A program made the position numbers and the translations under genes. Below, piece after piece: positions 51,751-64,000 of a DNA stretch of 64,000 nucleotides. Origin of the DNA: Mobula hypostoma (Eukaryota); NCBI RefSeq assembly GCF_963921235.1, contig NC_086097.1, forward strand, positions 42,782,001 to 42,846,000. The letters run 5' to 3'. The notes beneath the pieces are model-generated. The model made no database searches and was not told the DNA's origin. It saw only the letters and a list, made by a program, of their open reading frames with translations. Positions within the stretch are counted from its first letter, which is position 1. Each line of letters begins with the position of its first letter.

Positions 51751-53631
51751 GTGACTGAAGATCCATGTGACCAGGGGGAAGAGATTTACGACATTCACAA
51801 CCTTCTAATGAAGAAGTTACTTCTGATCTCAGTCCTAAATAATAAACCCTCACATTGTGATTATGTAGCTAGTTCAAGCGAAGGGAAAGAGCTAGTCAGT
51901 CTCCTTCAGGATCCTAGTATTATTTCATCAAGTTCTCTTCTCTGAATTCCAGAAAGACTGATTCTAGTCAAATTTTCCTCACAGCTCAGAATTCACTTTG
52001 GTATCTTTCACTTGAGAACCTCCAAGGTAATGATGTCCTTCCTGAGACAAGGAGACCAAAGCCATACTCTCTATTCCAGTTCTGAGTATTTCAGGGGATT
52101 TTGTTATTGCCCTGAATTATTAGATCACAATATCCTGCAACTTCTTTTGCTTGCCCCAGCAGTTCTTGGCCAGATTTATCTGGTGACCAGAAGCAGTTGC
52201 CAATTATTGCATTATTGTTCTTGCTGTTAAAAATTTTAATTCAGTCTCAATCAGTTGTCTCCCATTCCACTCTGTTGCCTAGCATTACAACAGATTCTTT
52301 TCCCTTTGCTATCAACAATGCAATTATTCATTCTTATTTTTAAGGCAAGCTTTTTTAACAATAATATAATGAGCACAGAGGGTATAAATTACTGTCAGCA
52401 ATTTCATTTTGCAAGCAATTAATGCAGTAATAAAAAAACTGCTCCCTCTGCTTCTTTAACAGAAACAAACTTGTTGGAAAAATAAACAAGCTACCATTAG
52501 AACTGCCATTGGACAATGGGAAATTTGTAGGATTATGTTAAATATTTGTTGGATAACATACCCTTTAATACTGCTAAGCTTTTAGGTCCACTGGCAAACT
52601 AGACTAATAGACTGCTGCCATATAATTCCACAATATACCATTTATTTTGTTTTCTGTAATTGCTGGGTTTCAGAATAATTATGCTGTGCAAAGACCTCAA
52701 AATATTATGCTTGTATGTTTTCACCATATAAAAGATAATGGATCTGGCAGTGTCTCGCATGTGAAGCTCAGTGCATTGTGATAAATGCAGCTTTCAAGGC
52801 CGAACTTGAAAAGTTTTTTTGTTAGTCAGAGGTAAGATTGAGGTTAAGATCATCCCTGATCTGACTGAACGGTGCAGCAGGCTTGAGGATCTGAGTTCCT
52901 AGGTTTCTAAATGCCAGCTAAACTTCAGTTTCATTTAAATCATTCGGAACGAGAATTTACAGTCGTGTTCATTGCAATTGCAGTTGAGTAGTCAGCTCAC
53001 CCAGTGGGATGCTTACTATGTGTCCTAGTTTCCATCTCTTCTTCCCCTTCCTCCCTCAATGTTATTGCTTAACTGCTGGGAGCTAGGGACTAATCCCTCC
53101 GAGTATGGGAGGTTCTCCAGCAGACAGCAGATCAACAGGAATTCTAGTCAGGGGACAAAACCACCAATGGGATGCTCAATGACCATGTAGTAAGGCAGGA
53201 GCAATTACTGGTCCCCCAGCAGTTCATCACTCAATTGCTGTGGAGGCTCACGTATTGATGGCACTGCACACCAGTACAAGGTAATGCTATCCTGACTGAG
53301 ACTACATTAGTCAAGTAATGCTCTGCATGATGTGCACTAACTGGACAAAGAGGGAATGGAATCAACACCCACTCATGTAGCACCTCCACTACACACTTCT
53401 CTACGGTAAAGGGAAGCCCAAATTCTGATGTTCACCTGGAAGGGACAATGGGATGTGTTTTGGTCTCCTAGAAGATGAAGCATCTGTGACTGGCTTTTGC
53501 AATGGTGGATGGAGAACTGGTGGCCTGGAAGGACCTCAGTACTCATTACCTCAATAGTCACTGCTAAGATGGATCTGTGGTGGAGTGGCGGATAGAATGG
53601 ACCTCACAAGTATAGACAAATGGAATCACAA

Positions 53632-53790
53632 ACACAAGAAAATCTGCAGATGCTGGAAATCCAAACAACACACGCAAAATGCTGGAGGAACTCAGCAAGT
53701 CAGCCAGCATCTATATTGCTGAACAAACAGTCAACGTTTTGGGTCAAAACCCTTCATAAGTCCAGCATTCTGTGTGTCTTAGTTGTTTAA
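53632..53790. mobile_element. Short inverted Penelope pLTR cassette
   Basis: Minus pLTR 53632-53758 broken in the HHR core, then inverted TCCAGCATTCTGTGTGT; imperfect flanking repeat ACAAATGGAATCACAAA / ACAAATAGACCTCACAAA. Confidence 0.7.
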
Positions 53791-53965
53791 ACAAATAGAC
53801 CTCACAAAGTAGATGCTGAAGAATTGTGCCCCACCGTAGGCTCTTGGTGGATATGGATGACTCCACTCCCTACCCTCCCTTTTTAAGCCATTTGCCCTGA
53901 TCTCATCCTCTGTCTCCTCTCAGGCTGCACCTCTAGGGTCCTGTGCTCCTAAAGAAATGGCTATC

Positions 53966-54516
53966 AGAGACTGAGGTCCTTTAACATCTGCCGGACGATG
54001 CTGAGGATGTTCTATGAGTCTGTGGTGCCCAGTGCTATCATGTTTGCTGTTGTGTGCTGGGGCAGCAGGCTGAGGGTAGCAGACACCAACAGAATCAACA
54101 AACTCATTCGTAAGGCCAGTGATGTTGTGGGGATGGAACTGGACTCTCTGACGGTGGTGTCTGAAAAGAGGATGCTGTCCAAGTTGCATGCCATCTTGGT
54201 CAATGTGTCCCATCCACTACATAATGTACTGGGTGGGCACAGGAGTACATTCAGCCAGAGACTCATTCCACCGAGATGCAACACAGAGCGTCATAGGAAG
54301 TCATTCCTGCCTGTGGCCATCAAACTTTACAACTCTTCCCTTGGAGGGTCAGACACCCTGAGCCAATAGGCTGGTCCTGGACTTATTTCATAATTTACTG
54401 CCATAATTTACATATTACTAATTAACTATTTATGGTTCTATCACTATTTATCATTTATGGTGCAACTGTAACAAAAACCAATTTCCCCCGGGATCAATAA
54501 AGTATGACTATGACTA
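53966..54516 (+). mobile_element. Young Rex1/Babar-like LINE 3' end
   Basis: Nearly identical to 32935-33486; LRMFYESVV..IKLYNSSLGGSDTLSQ; ATGACT tail. Confidence 0.9.
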
Positions 54517-55294
54517 TTAAAGTAGCCTCATCTGGGAGTAACTGCTAATTGCTAAAACTTCGAAGCTCAGACAAACACTTCAGTTCCTGGTACAATGCTC
54601 CCGGTCAATTTCACAAACACTAAGGAATTCTGGATGCACCCAACAGTAAATGACTCGTAGTATTAAAAACAGCCATCAAAAACTTCCCTAAAGTGAAGTG
54701 GGGTGGTGGACATGTCATGGAATTGGATGAGGAAGATGGTTTTACTAATGGCTTGACATATGGTCATCTGCATGAGTTGAACATAAGCTATTTGCTGCAT
54801 CATTGAGGTTGATTTTGGCAGCTTTGTCGTCAGATCATTAGTGCACAGCGTCTGGCAGTACGGTCTTCCTGCGCTGTATGCTTGGCCAGGTGCCAGCATC
54901 ATATGCATCCATGCTCTTCACTGCAAGGCTATGAACGTGACTCACCCTACATGCGCCTGCCCACTCTGCACATTGTACTGAAACTAAACTGGCACCAAAT
55001 TATGAGAATAATGAGGAGCACAATCAACATTTACAGCGATAAGTGTTTCCTTTCTGTATTGGTATTCTCATGTGCAGTGACAATCTCATCAACGATTCAG
55101 CTCTGCTTCTTTACTCCTTACTGACATACCAAACAACTCAACACTGACAACTCTGGCCCAGATTTTCACTGTAAAGGTGCAGCATAGGAAATCCTTAGAG
55201 CTAGAAAATTACAAAATCTACAGGGCCTGAAAAGGTAAGTTAAAGTCATTCTGCCGAGGTGCCTTGCTCAAGTTGTATGCTAGTATAAAGTTTT

Positions 55295-55760
55295 AAAAGT
55301 GCACAGAAAATTGACAAGGATGCTGGCTGGTCTTGAGGACCTGAGTTTTAGGGAAAAGTTGAGTAGGTTTGGACTTGGGTGTAGGAGAACGAGGGAAGAC
55401 TTTACAGAGATATACAGATTTTGAGGGGTACAAATAGGTCTGGCAGGCTTTTTCTACTGAGGCTGGGTGAGATTACAACTAGAGGTCATAGGTTAAGGGT
55501 GAAATATGAAATGTTTAGAGGAAACCTGAAGGGGGTGGAACCTCTTCACTCAGAGGGTGGTACGAGTGTGGAACAAGCTGCCAACAGAAATGGTGGATGC
55601 AGGTTCAATTGCAGCATTTAAGAGAAGTTGGATTAGTACATGGATAGAAAAGGTACAGAAGACAGTGGTCCAGGAGCAGGTTAGTGGGAAAAGGCAGATT
55701 TCAGGATGGACTAGATGAGACAGAAGTTTGATTCTGTCCTGTGGTGCTCTCTGACTAGAT
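55295..55760 (+). mobile_element. CR1 3' fragment
   Basis: TTRGHRLRVK..FTQRVVRVWNKLP. Confidence 0.8.
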
Positions 55761-57459
55761 GACCGTATTGCAATCACTGCAGCAACCAGACTGCATGTTT
55801 TGTTTGAAGGGAGCCCATTACTGCTGCTGAACAGAGAGCAATGGGTAGAATGAGGTGGGAATGAGTGCAAGGGCGGGAGGGGAGACTGAGTCTGAATCCT
55901 GTGCAATTGGTAGGATCGAGAATAGAGCACATGGTCAGATTGAAAGACTGGAAGTTGGTTCCAGATATGATTGGGGTTAGGAGGACTTGAATATGTGATT
56001 GGCTGACAAGGGCGTTCCAATTGCACACATGACAAGGTGTGTGTGTTTGGAAGCTGGACACACCAAGTTGATCAATCATGTGATTGTGGTGCTGTAGACA
56101 TTGTTGCAGGACAGATATAGTTGACACTATATCAACCATAAAGTGCTATAAAACAAACACTAAGTAACTGCTTATACATAGACCTAAAATGGCGCATTTA
56201 ATCGTGGATTCCCTGGCAATGAATTGCATTAAGATTGGTTATCATTTAAATAACTCCTCACTATCATTTGACTCTAATTTAGTCTGGCATAACCTGTGAT
56301 GCTCTTGGGCTCCATATAACACAGGACTTCGGTGCATGTGACAGCAAAGATTGGAGTACATATTATTCAATCGCACGGTGCAAGCTCAATATAATTTATA
56401 CATAGACATCACATTATCAGGCAGTGAAGCCAGATTGATTCCTTGAATAAAGTGTTTGCAGATAATATACAAAAACCTCAGTGTTATACGTGAATTTCTC
56501 ACTGATTCTGTCCGAATTGCTCATTCAGGTTAGTAGGCACCTGATTTGCAGAGTCCTGGGATTTGTACGTTCATGGAACCAGCTCAGTAACTATGGGCTT
56601 GACACATTTGACAGAATTGCCATGATCTCCAATTAATAATCTATAGCTGGATGACATCTCCTATTTCCATCAGTGTAAGACGTGCTCACTGTGTATGTTA
56701 AAGGACACCCGCCTACTCAGATGACAGCATTCATTTCCCACCGATCACTCACATTGACAGAAATCATCCCACAGACACCACATCAAACACTAGACTAGCC
56801 TGGTGATGGAATCTAAGAACACGATTGCATTCTTGGCTGTCCTCTCAGCTCAGTACTTGAAGGTTATGGATGATTCATTTGAAGAGAGAGAGAGAAAATA
56901 AACTCTTAAGATGGACATTCCACTACTACTTCAATTCCTTGTATTTTTTTTTAAGATTTTTCTGCTGGAAATATTCCCTTAGAACTGGCTGCAGTGCTGT
57001 GGAGAGGAACATTTGTTCTCCTCTCTAGAGAATTGCGATATTAAGCAGCCAAAGCTCGACCATCCTCTGGATCAGCTGAAATGCAAATCAGCTGTCTTGT
57101 CTTGACTCTGCCATGCATCACATCTCCGAAGGGAAAGAGCACCCTCTGCTGCACCCGTGCAGAATATCCATTTTTATCACAACACTGCATTGTTTTGGTG
57201 CTATTAGTTATGAGCTATTTGGGGGGAGGGGGGGAGAGAGATGCTCACCGACAGTCCACTGCCACCCTCTTGGCACAAACGTTCAAAAATCTAGTGTGAA
57301 TCTTGTACAAACATTTCCACCACATGAATCAGATTTTGGGGAAAATATAAAGGTTTCACGCATAACATGCTTAGAATCTTCAAGGGGCATGGAGTTATAG
57401 AAGGAAGGAAATCTTGTTACTTCTTTTGGTGAGAATATCTATGGCGAATCATGAACAGT

Positions 57460-57900
57460 TCTCTTCTCTTCAACGAGGAATGCACTGGAAGCAATTCGGG
57501 AAAGGTTCATTGTAATGATCCCTTGGTTAAGAAGGTTTTCATATCAGGAAAGGTTGAGCCTATCCTCAGTGCAGTTTAGAGTATAACAGGTCACCTTATT
57601 GAAACACATAGGATTCAGAGGGAGTGGATGATGAGAGGATGTTTCCACCCATTGGATACAAGGGGCATCGTTTCTGAATAAGGAACTCATCTATTTAATC
57701 TGGGATGAGAAAAAAATTTTGTTTCACAGCATTGTGAATTTTTGGAATTCTCCACGAGAGAGATATTGAGACATATCCAAGGTTATGATTAGACTGATCT
57801 TTGCATTCTAAAGGAGTCAAGAAAAGAAAGCAGGGTTGAAGCCAGGGTTGAATCATGAACTTATTGGATGACGGGGGAGTCTTGATGGTCCATTCTCATA
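57460..57900 (+). mobile_element. Old CR1 3' fragment
   Basis: Degenerate ALEAIRERF, RGHRF, VNFWNSP. Confidence 0.6.
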
Positions 57901-58515
57901 AACTTCTATAGATATGCAGTGGACAGTGTATCGACTGGCTGCATCACTATCTGGTACGGAAAGGTAAATGCCTTGAACAGAAAATCCTCCAAAGTAGTGG
58001 ATACAGTCCTGTCCATCACAGGTGAAGACCTCCCCACCATTGAGCACGTCTACACAAAACGCCGTCATAGGAAGGCAGCATCCATTATCAGGGTCCCCCA
58101 CCACCCAGGCCATGCCCTCTTACCGCTGCTGCTATTAGGAAGTTACAAGAGCCTCAAGGCTCACACCACCAGGTTCAGGAACAGTTACTAATCGTCAAAC
58201 ATCAGGCTCTTGAACCAAAGGGAATAACTTGCCCCATCATTGACATGTTCCCACAACCAATAAACTCACTTTCAAGGGCTCTTCATTGCATGTTCTTGAT
58301 ATTCATCGCTTATTTATTTATCATGATTTCTTCTTTTTGGACTTGGAGAGATTGCGGTCTTCTGCACTCTGAGTGCCTTAGCTGGGCGTTCTTTCATTGA
58401 TTCTGTGATGGTTATCATTCTATAGATTTATTGTGTATTCCCACAAGAAAATGAATCTCAGGGTTGTATATGGTGACTATGTACACTTTGATAACAAAGT
58501 TTACTTTGAACTTTG
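57901..58515 (+). mobile_element. L2/Rex1-Babar-like LINE 3' fragment
   Basis: TGCITIWYG..RKAASIIRVPHHPGHAL..TTRFRNSY; ACTTTGA tail. Confidence 0.85.
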
Positions 58516-59774
58516 TCCTTTACCTATTTTTTTTTATAATCCATTTGTTATTATCAGCACAAGTCATTTTACTCAAAATCCGGAGAACTATAAGTGATAG
58601 CATATAATTTATAGTTTTCCAGGGGTGGGGGAAAATTAATGAAGAAACTATTAACTAAAACCTCTTCAAAATCTGATCTTCTCAATAAGAAAAACATCTA
58701 ATTGTTGAGTCATATTTTGCATTTTTCCCTTTTAGAAAACCAAACCTGCTTTGCCATTATTATTGCATTGAATAAGTTATTAAAGATCTTGGAATAGGAT
58801 GGTAAAGTATGAAATCTGCATTTTGCTTTCACTCTTCTCCGAGCTGAATTGTGCTGAAACAATAGCTGGCAAAGACAATTAGATTGCTCCTTTCAGGTCT
58901 GCCTATGGATGCCCATCCAAAGTCTGGGAATGCAACACCCAGAAGGTCAATGACCTTAATATGGTCAAAAAACACCCACAATGAAATGACACCTGTCATT
59001 GTAACCAAGTTTAATTGATGTTCCTAGACTGTATATCAAGAAAGCACAAAAGAGCTCAAGAACTATAGTCATGGCAGACTTGGAATTAGTTCCGACATAA
59101 GCTAACCACATTTTGTAAAGTGCTATTTAACTACGTTCTTAACCATGTTGACATGGTTAGTAACACCAAAATTATCTAAATACCCGAAAAATTCTACACT
59201 GCTTGACATTCCTTTACACTATAAAATCCACTCTGTGTTCAAAAAACTATAGCAGAAATATTGGATTTGCCATCAAGCCTTTTCATATTTTACACATAAT
59301 TAGAATGATTTGTTTCACAGCCAGCCATGGTTGTCAAAGAGAGAGTTCTGGCCCTCTAAGGAAATTCCAAATGATTAGAATATTAAACCTTCCTTTCCTT
59401 ATTAGTTGGTTAAATCATTTTATGTTGTTTGAGAAAGGATGAGAGAAGTCATATTTCATTTTCTCTCCAAGTATAGCAAGGAGCAATGATGTGATCATGC
59501 ATGTCATCTTATTGTGGTACAAGTGGATTGACTGCAGCACTGCAGGGTCTTTTTGATAATTAAAATGAAAAATGAATGCAGAATACAAAATGGAATCCAA
59601 AACTAGCTCATCATCAATTAACACATTACCAACTGCCAATCTTTAGTAGGATGTGATTGAATAGTCACATGGCAAGTTAGCATTGCTATTTTACACGAAA
59701 GTACACGTAAAAATGAAAAATAACATCATGTTTTTTAAAAACACTACCTCTATAAAAGAACCAACAGTAGCAGC

Positions 59775-60005
59775 ACCAGGGTGTAGCGGTTAGCATATCA
59801 GTATTACAGCACCATGACGCAGACTCGATCACTGCTGTTGTCAGTAAGGAGTTTGCACGTTCTCCCTGTGATGTGTGGGTTTCCTCCAGGTGCTCTGGTT
59901 GCCTCCAACATTTGAAAGATGAATGGGACAGTAGGTTAAATGTCACATGGGTGTAGTTAGGCCGCAGGGGATCACTGAGCTGGAAGAACCTATACTGTAT
60001 CTCTC
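59775..60005 (+). mobile_element. V-SINE/HE1-like SINE with tRNA-like head
   Basis: GTGTAGCGGTTAGC head and V-domain GGAGTTTGCACGTTCTCCCTGTGATGTGTGGGTTTCCTCC. Confidence 0.75.
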
Positions 60006-62715
60006 TAAAAATATTATTTAAAATATTTTCGTTTCTACACCAATTTACGTTATTCTGGAGTAAAGGCTTTTATTTCTAATACATCTCATATTAGTAACCA
60101 TAAGCAACATTCACAGGCCTTTCAGTGTATTCTGCCATCCCTGCTCATTCATTCATAACTCCATTTACCTTCCCCGATTTGTACTTTGAATTACCTGACA
60201 ACATTTTATCAGTTTTAGTCAGTTTTGACATTTTCATTGGATCTTCTCCAACAGCTCTTGCAGGAAAGGGCTCATTGTGCCAAAGTCCTTTATACAAGAA
60301 ACAACATAGCACGTAGAACATTACAGCACAGTGCTGTTCCTTCAGCCCATGACATTGTGTTGATTTTTAAACCTACTCCAAGAATTTCCTTACTTTACCC
60401 CAGGATGGTCCAACATTAGTTGTAAAGTTATTTACGAAGTCCATTGTTGTGGACTCCCCCAGAAAATAAAATGCTTTGTCTACTCTGCTCTGGGGTCAGA
60501 ATAGTTACTGCACCTTTTGCTAGACCTGAAACACATCCTGTTTAGTAAGACATAGAAATTTCAAGCACTGGTAGTCACAGAAGTATAGGGGAAAGAAAAA
60601 GAAGGGTTTCCTAAAAAAAAAGAAATATTTTGCAAAGTTTTTCTAGGCCTCTTCCCGTCACCTCACTTTATTACCAATTCGAAGAGGAATGCCAACTAAA
60701 CAACATATGGCTGCATACAATTGCTTCGGTCCCAGCCTGTAGGTTAACATGCTGCAGGTTATTTTCTAGTGAAACTTGGGACGAGTGTGCAAAGACTGAC
60801 AAAATCTGTTGAACCGTATCAGCATTCAAAAGGAAGAATCCACAAACCAAAAGATAAATAATTTATGATCAAAAGGATGTTCTGCTACATGAGGTTTGGT
60901 CAGGGGTCCAGTTACAGCAGGTTGCTGGAAAATGACACCACTGTCATCAAATTAAAATTATACAGTGACTGACATCATGATTTACCTGCTGCTGCAAGTC
61001 ATTCAGAAATATCTCACAAACTCAGATCCGATACACATCTCTTTGGAAGATGAGAACTTTCACAATAGAAATCTTTTTTGGGATCTTTAAGAGCTTGTGC
61101 CCCCACAGAGCACAATCCCTCTTCCTAACATTCTAATAAAGCTAGCATTACCACCCACAATCCCAAAATATTAAAAATATTCTAGATGGAAAATAAACTT
61201 CTGCCAAAGCACTCACCAGGACACATCATACCCAGAGTTTCAAGATAGTTTCAAAGGGAGTCTACCGCTTTCAGGAAAGTGTATTCAAGAGACACATAGT
61301 CCACAGTAAGCTGAGCAAGTCCAGTACTCTGCTCTTGACTGGTCTGTAAATTGAGTCCAGTAAGAGAATGTTCTGTGTTTCCCAAGTGTTGTTTTCAAGA
61401 ATCTACCTTACCAATCCAATGCCAGCTATTTAAATAGGAATTCCTACTTCTGAGACAGTGGTAAGTTCAGCTGGTTTAGGTACTTAAGCATCTTTCGTTG
61501 ATATTTTAACTATTTATTTATATAGCAAAAGAGACATTTTTCATTTACTTGAACCAACTTTAATAGGTTTTAAATGTCTATGAATAACCAAAATATTTGA
61601 AGTTTATTTCATTCTTATTATCTAACATTCATTTAGTTCAAACAGAGGTATAGCATTTTTCTCTCTGACACTGATGTACAAAGGAATCAATTAAATTATA
61701 TTCTCAGAAAGAGAATAAAGTCTGCTGGAAAATGAAAGGGAGAATTTAGTAAATTATGTCAGCAATTAACATCTTACACAATAACAGTTAATTTCTTCAC
61801 TGATTAGAATGTGTCTTGTCAGAACTGATTAAAGCACATGTTAGTATTCTTGCAAACCGTGATTTAAACCCAATTCTCATTGTAATTTGGTTATATTATC
61901 TTGACAATGAATAGTTAATAAAAAATGGGGCTTTATTTAACACAGATGTCAAGCATTGGAAAGGCAGTAAAGGTTGTCTTTTTCTCAGTGCTTAACCGGT
62001 ATGTCCTTATTCTTTTGTAGCTTCATCTATCATTTCTGGAGAGGTATCTTAATACAGGTTAAAGTGTTTCCCGTGAGAATATAGTTAAATAAATGTTAAG
62101 CCCAGGTAAAATAGTATCACGAGTTTTCATTTCCCTTGATATTAACCTGAAAATCTTTCAGTCCTTTATCGTCCTATTCTCCCTTCACTTATTCTTTTCA
62201 CCTTGTCTTAGTGTGCACCAGTTATCTGTCAATCAAAAGAGTCTGCAATAACATCAAGTTATTCCGTGTTTTCCACCATGCGAGATTTCCCGCCACAATG
62301 TACATCAGTGTTTAACTACAATTTCCATTCTTACCACTTTCACTTTGTGTTGAAATCAAGACTCAAATGCTCTCAGCCTTTCCCAGAACATGAAAACTTT
62401 GGAATTAGGCACCCCTTCCCCAAACTTTATGAAGTAAAAATATCCAATTTCATTTTTAGTTGCAATACTAAAAATCAGAAAGCCTGGCAATAGATAAACT
62501 ATCAAGAAACGCAGATAAATATATTATTTCACTTTGACATTAAACTGCTGGAAATGCTCAAAATCACCCTGCTATCTATTATGGGATAGTTATTAATGGC
62601 ATACAATACATTGTCCACAAAATACTAAGCCCACAAGAAGACAGAGAATACCAAATCAGGAAACAAATATAGAAATTTCACAGTGTTGAATAGTACACAA
62701 ATAAGCCCTTAGTAG

Positions 62716-62878
62716 CACCACACAAAATGCTGGAGGAACTCAGCAGAACCCCTTGGGTCTCGGCCCGAAATGTCGACTGTACACTTTTCTATAGATGCTG
62801 CCTGGTCTGCTGAGTTCCTCCAGCATTGTGTGTGTGTTGCTTGGATTTCCAGCATCTGCAGATTTTTTTGTCCTTGTG
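62716..62878. mobile_element. Short inverted Penelope pLTR cassette with 11-bp TSD
   Basis: TSD GCCCTTAGTAG at 62705-62715 and 62879-62889; short minus arm CACACAAAATGCTGGAGGAACTCAGCAG, then a plus pLTR starting in HHR stem II. Confidence 0.82.
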
Positions 62879-63479
62879 GCCCTTAGTAGGCCCTCTAAAT
62901 CCATGCCGATCATCAGGCACCCATTTGATAGCAATCCAACATTAACTCCATTTCATTCTCTCATCTCATCCTGTGAGGGAAAAAATGTAGCTATGAGGAA
63001 CATACACATGATTTGAATAAGCTTAGGGACAAGTTTGAGGTGTCTGCAGACAACATTAATGACCAATATCAAATCACGAATTGTTATTGTCACATATTCT
63101 GAGGTCATTGTCATGCATTCCGTTAATACAGATCATTACACAGCACCGAACACAATTCGCACAATTTGATTGAGGTGCTTCGGCACGGAACTAGATCTCC
63201 AGCCATCAGCAGATGCAGTACTGAACTGGCCACCGGCTCCTGGACCAGCTTCACTCACCTCGGAGGCTCATGGCTGTGGACTCGCGTCTGGGGACTCTGC
63301 CGTTTGACATTGTGTGTTATTTGCTCACTTTTTGTTATTTGTGCGATTTGTTCTTTTTTCACACATTTGATGGCCTTATTATGTGGGGTCTTTCCCTTAA
63401 ACAGGTCCTATGGTGTTTTTTTTTGTTTTGTGGCTGTCTGCAAGACAAATCTCAAGGTTGAATACTGTATGTAGTACAT

Positions 63480-64000
63480 ACTGTGCTTTGATAATAAAGG
63501 CACTTTGAAATGCAGTGCAGATGGACATCAAGGTAAGGTCATAAGATAGATTGTCAGGTCAAGAGTCCATCTTACCATACCAGGGAATAGTTCGGTAGTT
63601 TTACAACAGAGGGGTGGTCTTACAACATCTTGATCTGGTGGTAGGTGCCTTCATATCTTCTGCCCAACAGGAGGAGGGAGAAAGTTTCTGGGGTGCGTTG
63701 AGTCTTTGATTAGGCTGGCTGTTTTACTGAGGCAGCAAAAAGTGTTTTCCGTGTCCATGAAGAGGAGGCTGGTTTCCATGAGGTGCTGAGCTTTGTCCAC
63801 TAGTCTCTGCAGTTCCTTGCAGTCACGGGCAGAGCAGATGCCACACTAAGTTGTGATGCATCCCGGTGGAATGCTTTTTATGGTGCATCAGTAAAAATTG
63901 GTGTGAGTGAAAAGGAACATGCCAAATTTCTTTAGCCTCTGCGGGAAGTAGGGGTGTTGGAGAATTTTCATGATCGTGACAGGGTATTGGTTATGTTCAC
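63480..64000 (-). mobile_element. L2/Rex1-Babar-like LINE 3' fragment, runs off the window end
   Basis: Degenerate FYxCTIKSIPPGCITT and LLGRRY motifs. Confidence 0.7.

Noticed and set aside
59140..59159. 20-bp palindrome TAACCATGT-TG-ACATGGTTA as a p53 element
   Set aside because: CATG cores are 4 bp apart rather than 6; an isolated short palindrome can arise by chance.
62021..62043. 23-nt micro-exon candidate after TCTTTTGTAG
   Set aside because: Weak donor (GTATCT) and no supporting neighbouring exons.
1..64000. CRISPR arrays, operons, rRNA or tRNA genes
   Set aside because: No regularly spaced repeat-spacer array or prokaryotic gene structure; tRNA-like bits are SINE heads and LTR primer-binding sites.

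Overview
Eukaryotic, AT-rich, repeat-saturated non-coding DNA with no recognisable intact protein-coding gene. The repeat set (CR1, L2/Rex1-Babar-like and RTE LINEs, V-SINE/HE1-like SINEs, Penelope-like elements, Gypsy LTR elements, hAT and Tc1 fossils) points to a vertebrate, most likely a cartilaginous fish (inference from repeat content). Nearly all listed ORFs are decayed TE fragments or chance ORFs. Main points: (1) About ten pieces of a Penelope-like pseudo-LTR, most retaining a recognisable minimal hammerhead-ribozyme (HHR) core; four occur as tiny inverted cassettes with 11-17 bp target-site duplications (TSDs), and 938-1179 is a near-perfect 89-bp-arm hairpin with an apparently intact HHR on each strand. 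(2) A 461-bp foldback hAT MITE whose arms contain captured Tc1 transposase sequence. (3) A four-level nest of elements inside a Gypsy element. (4) Two copies of that Gypsy family interrupted at the same homologous site by unrelated elements. (5) An unclassified strand-skewed repeat. (6) A few candidate regulatory motifs and splice-like signals. Boundaries of old elements are approximate and were read by eye.
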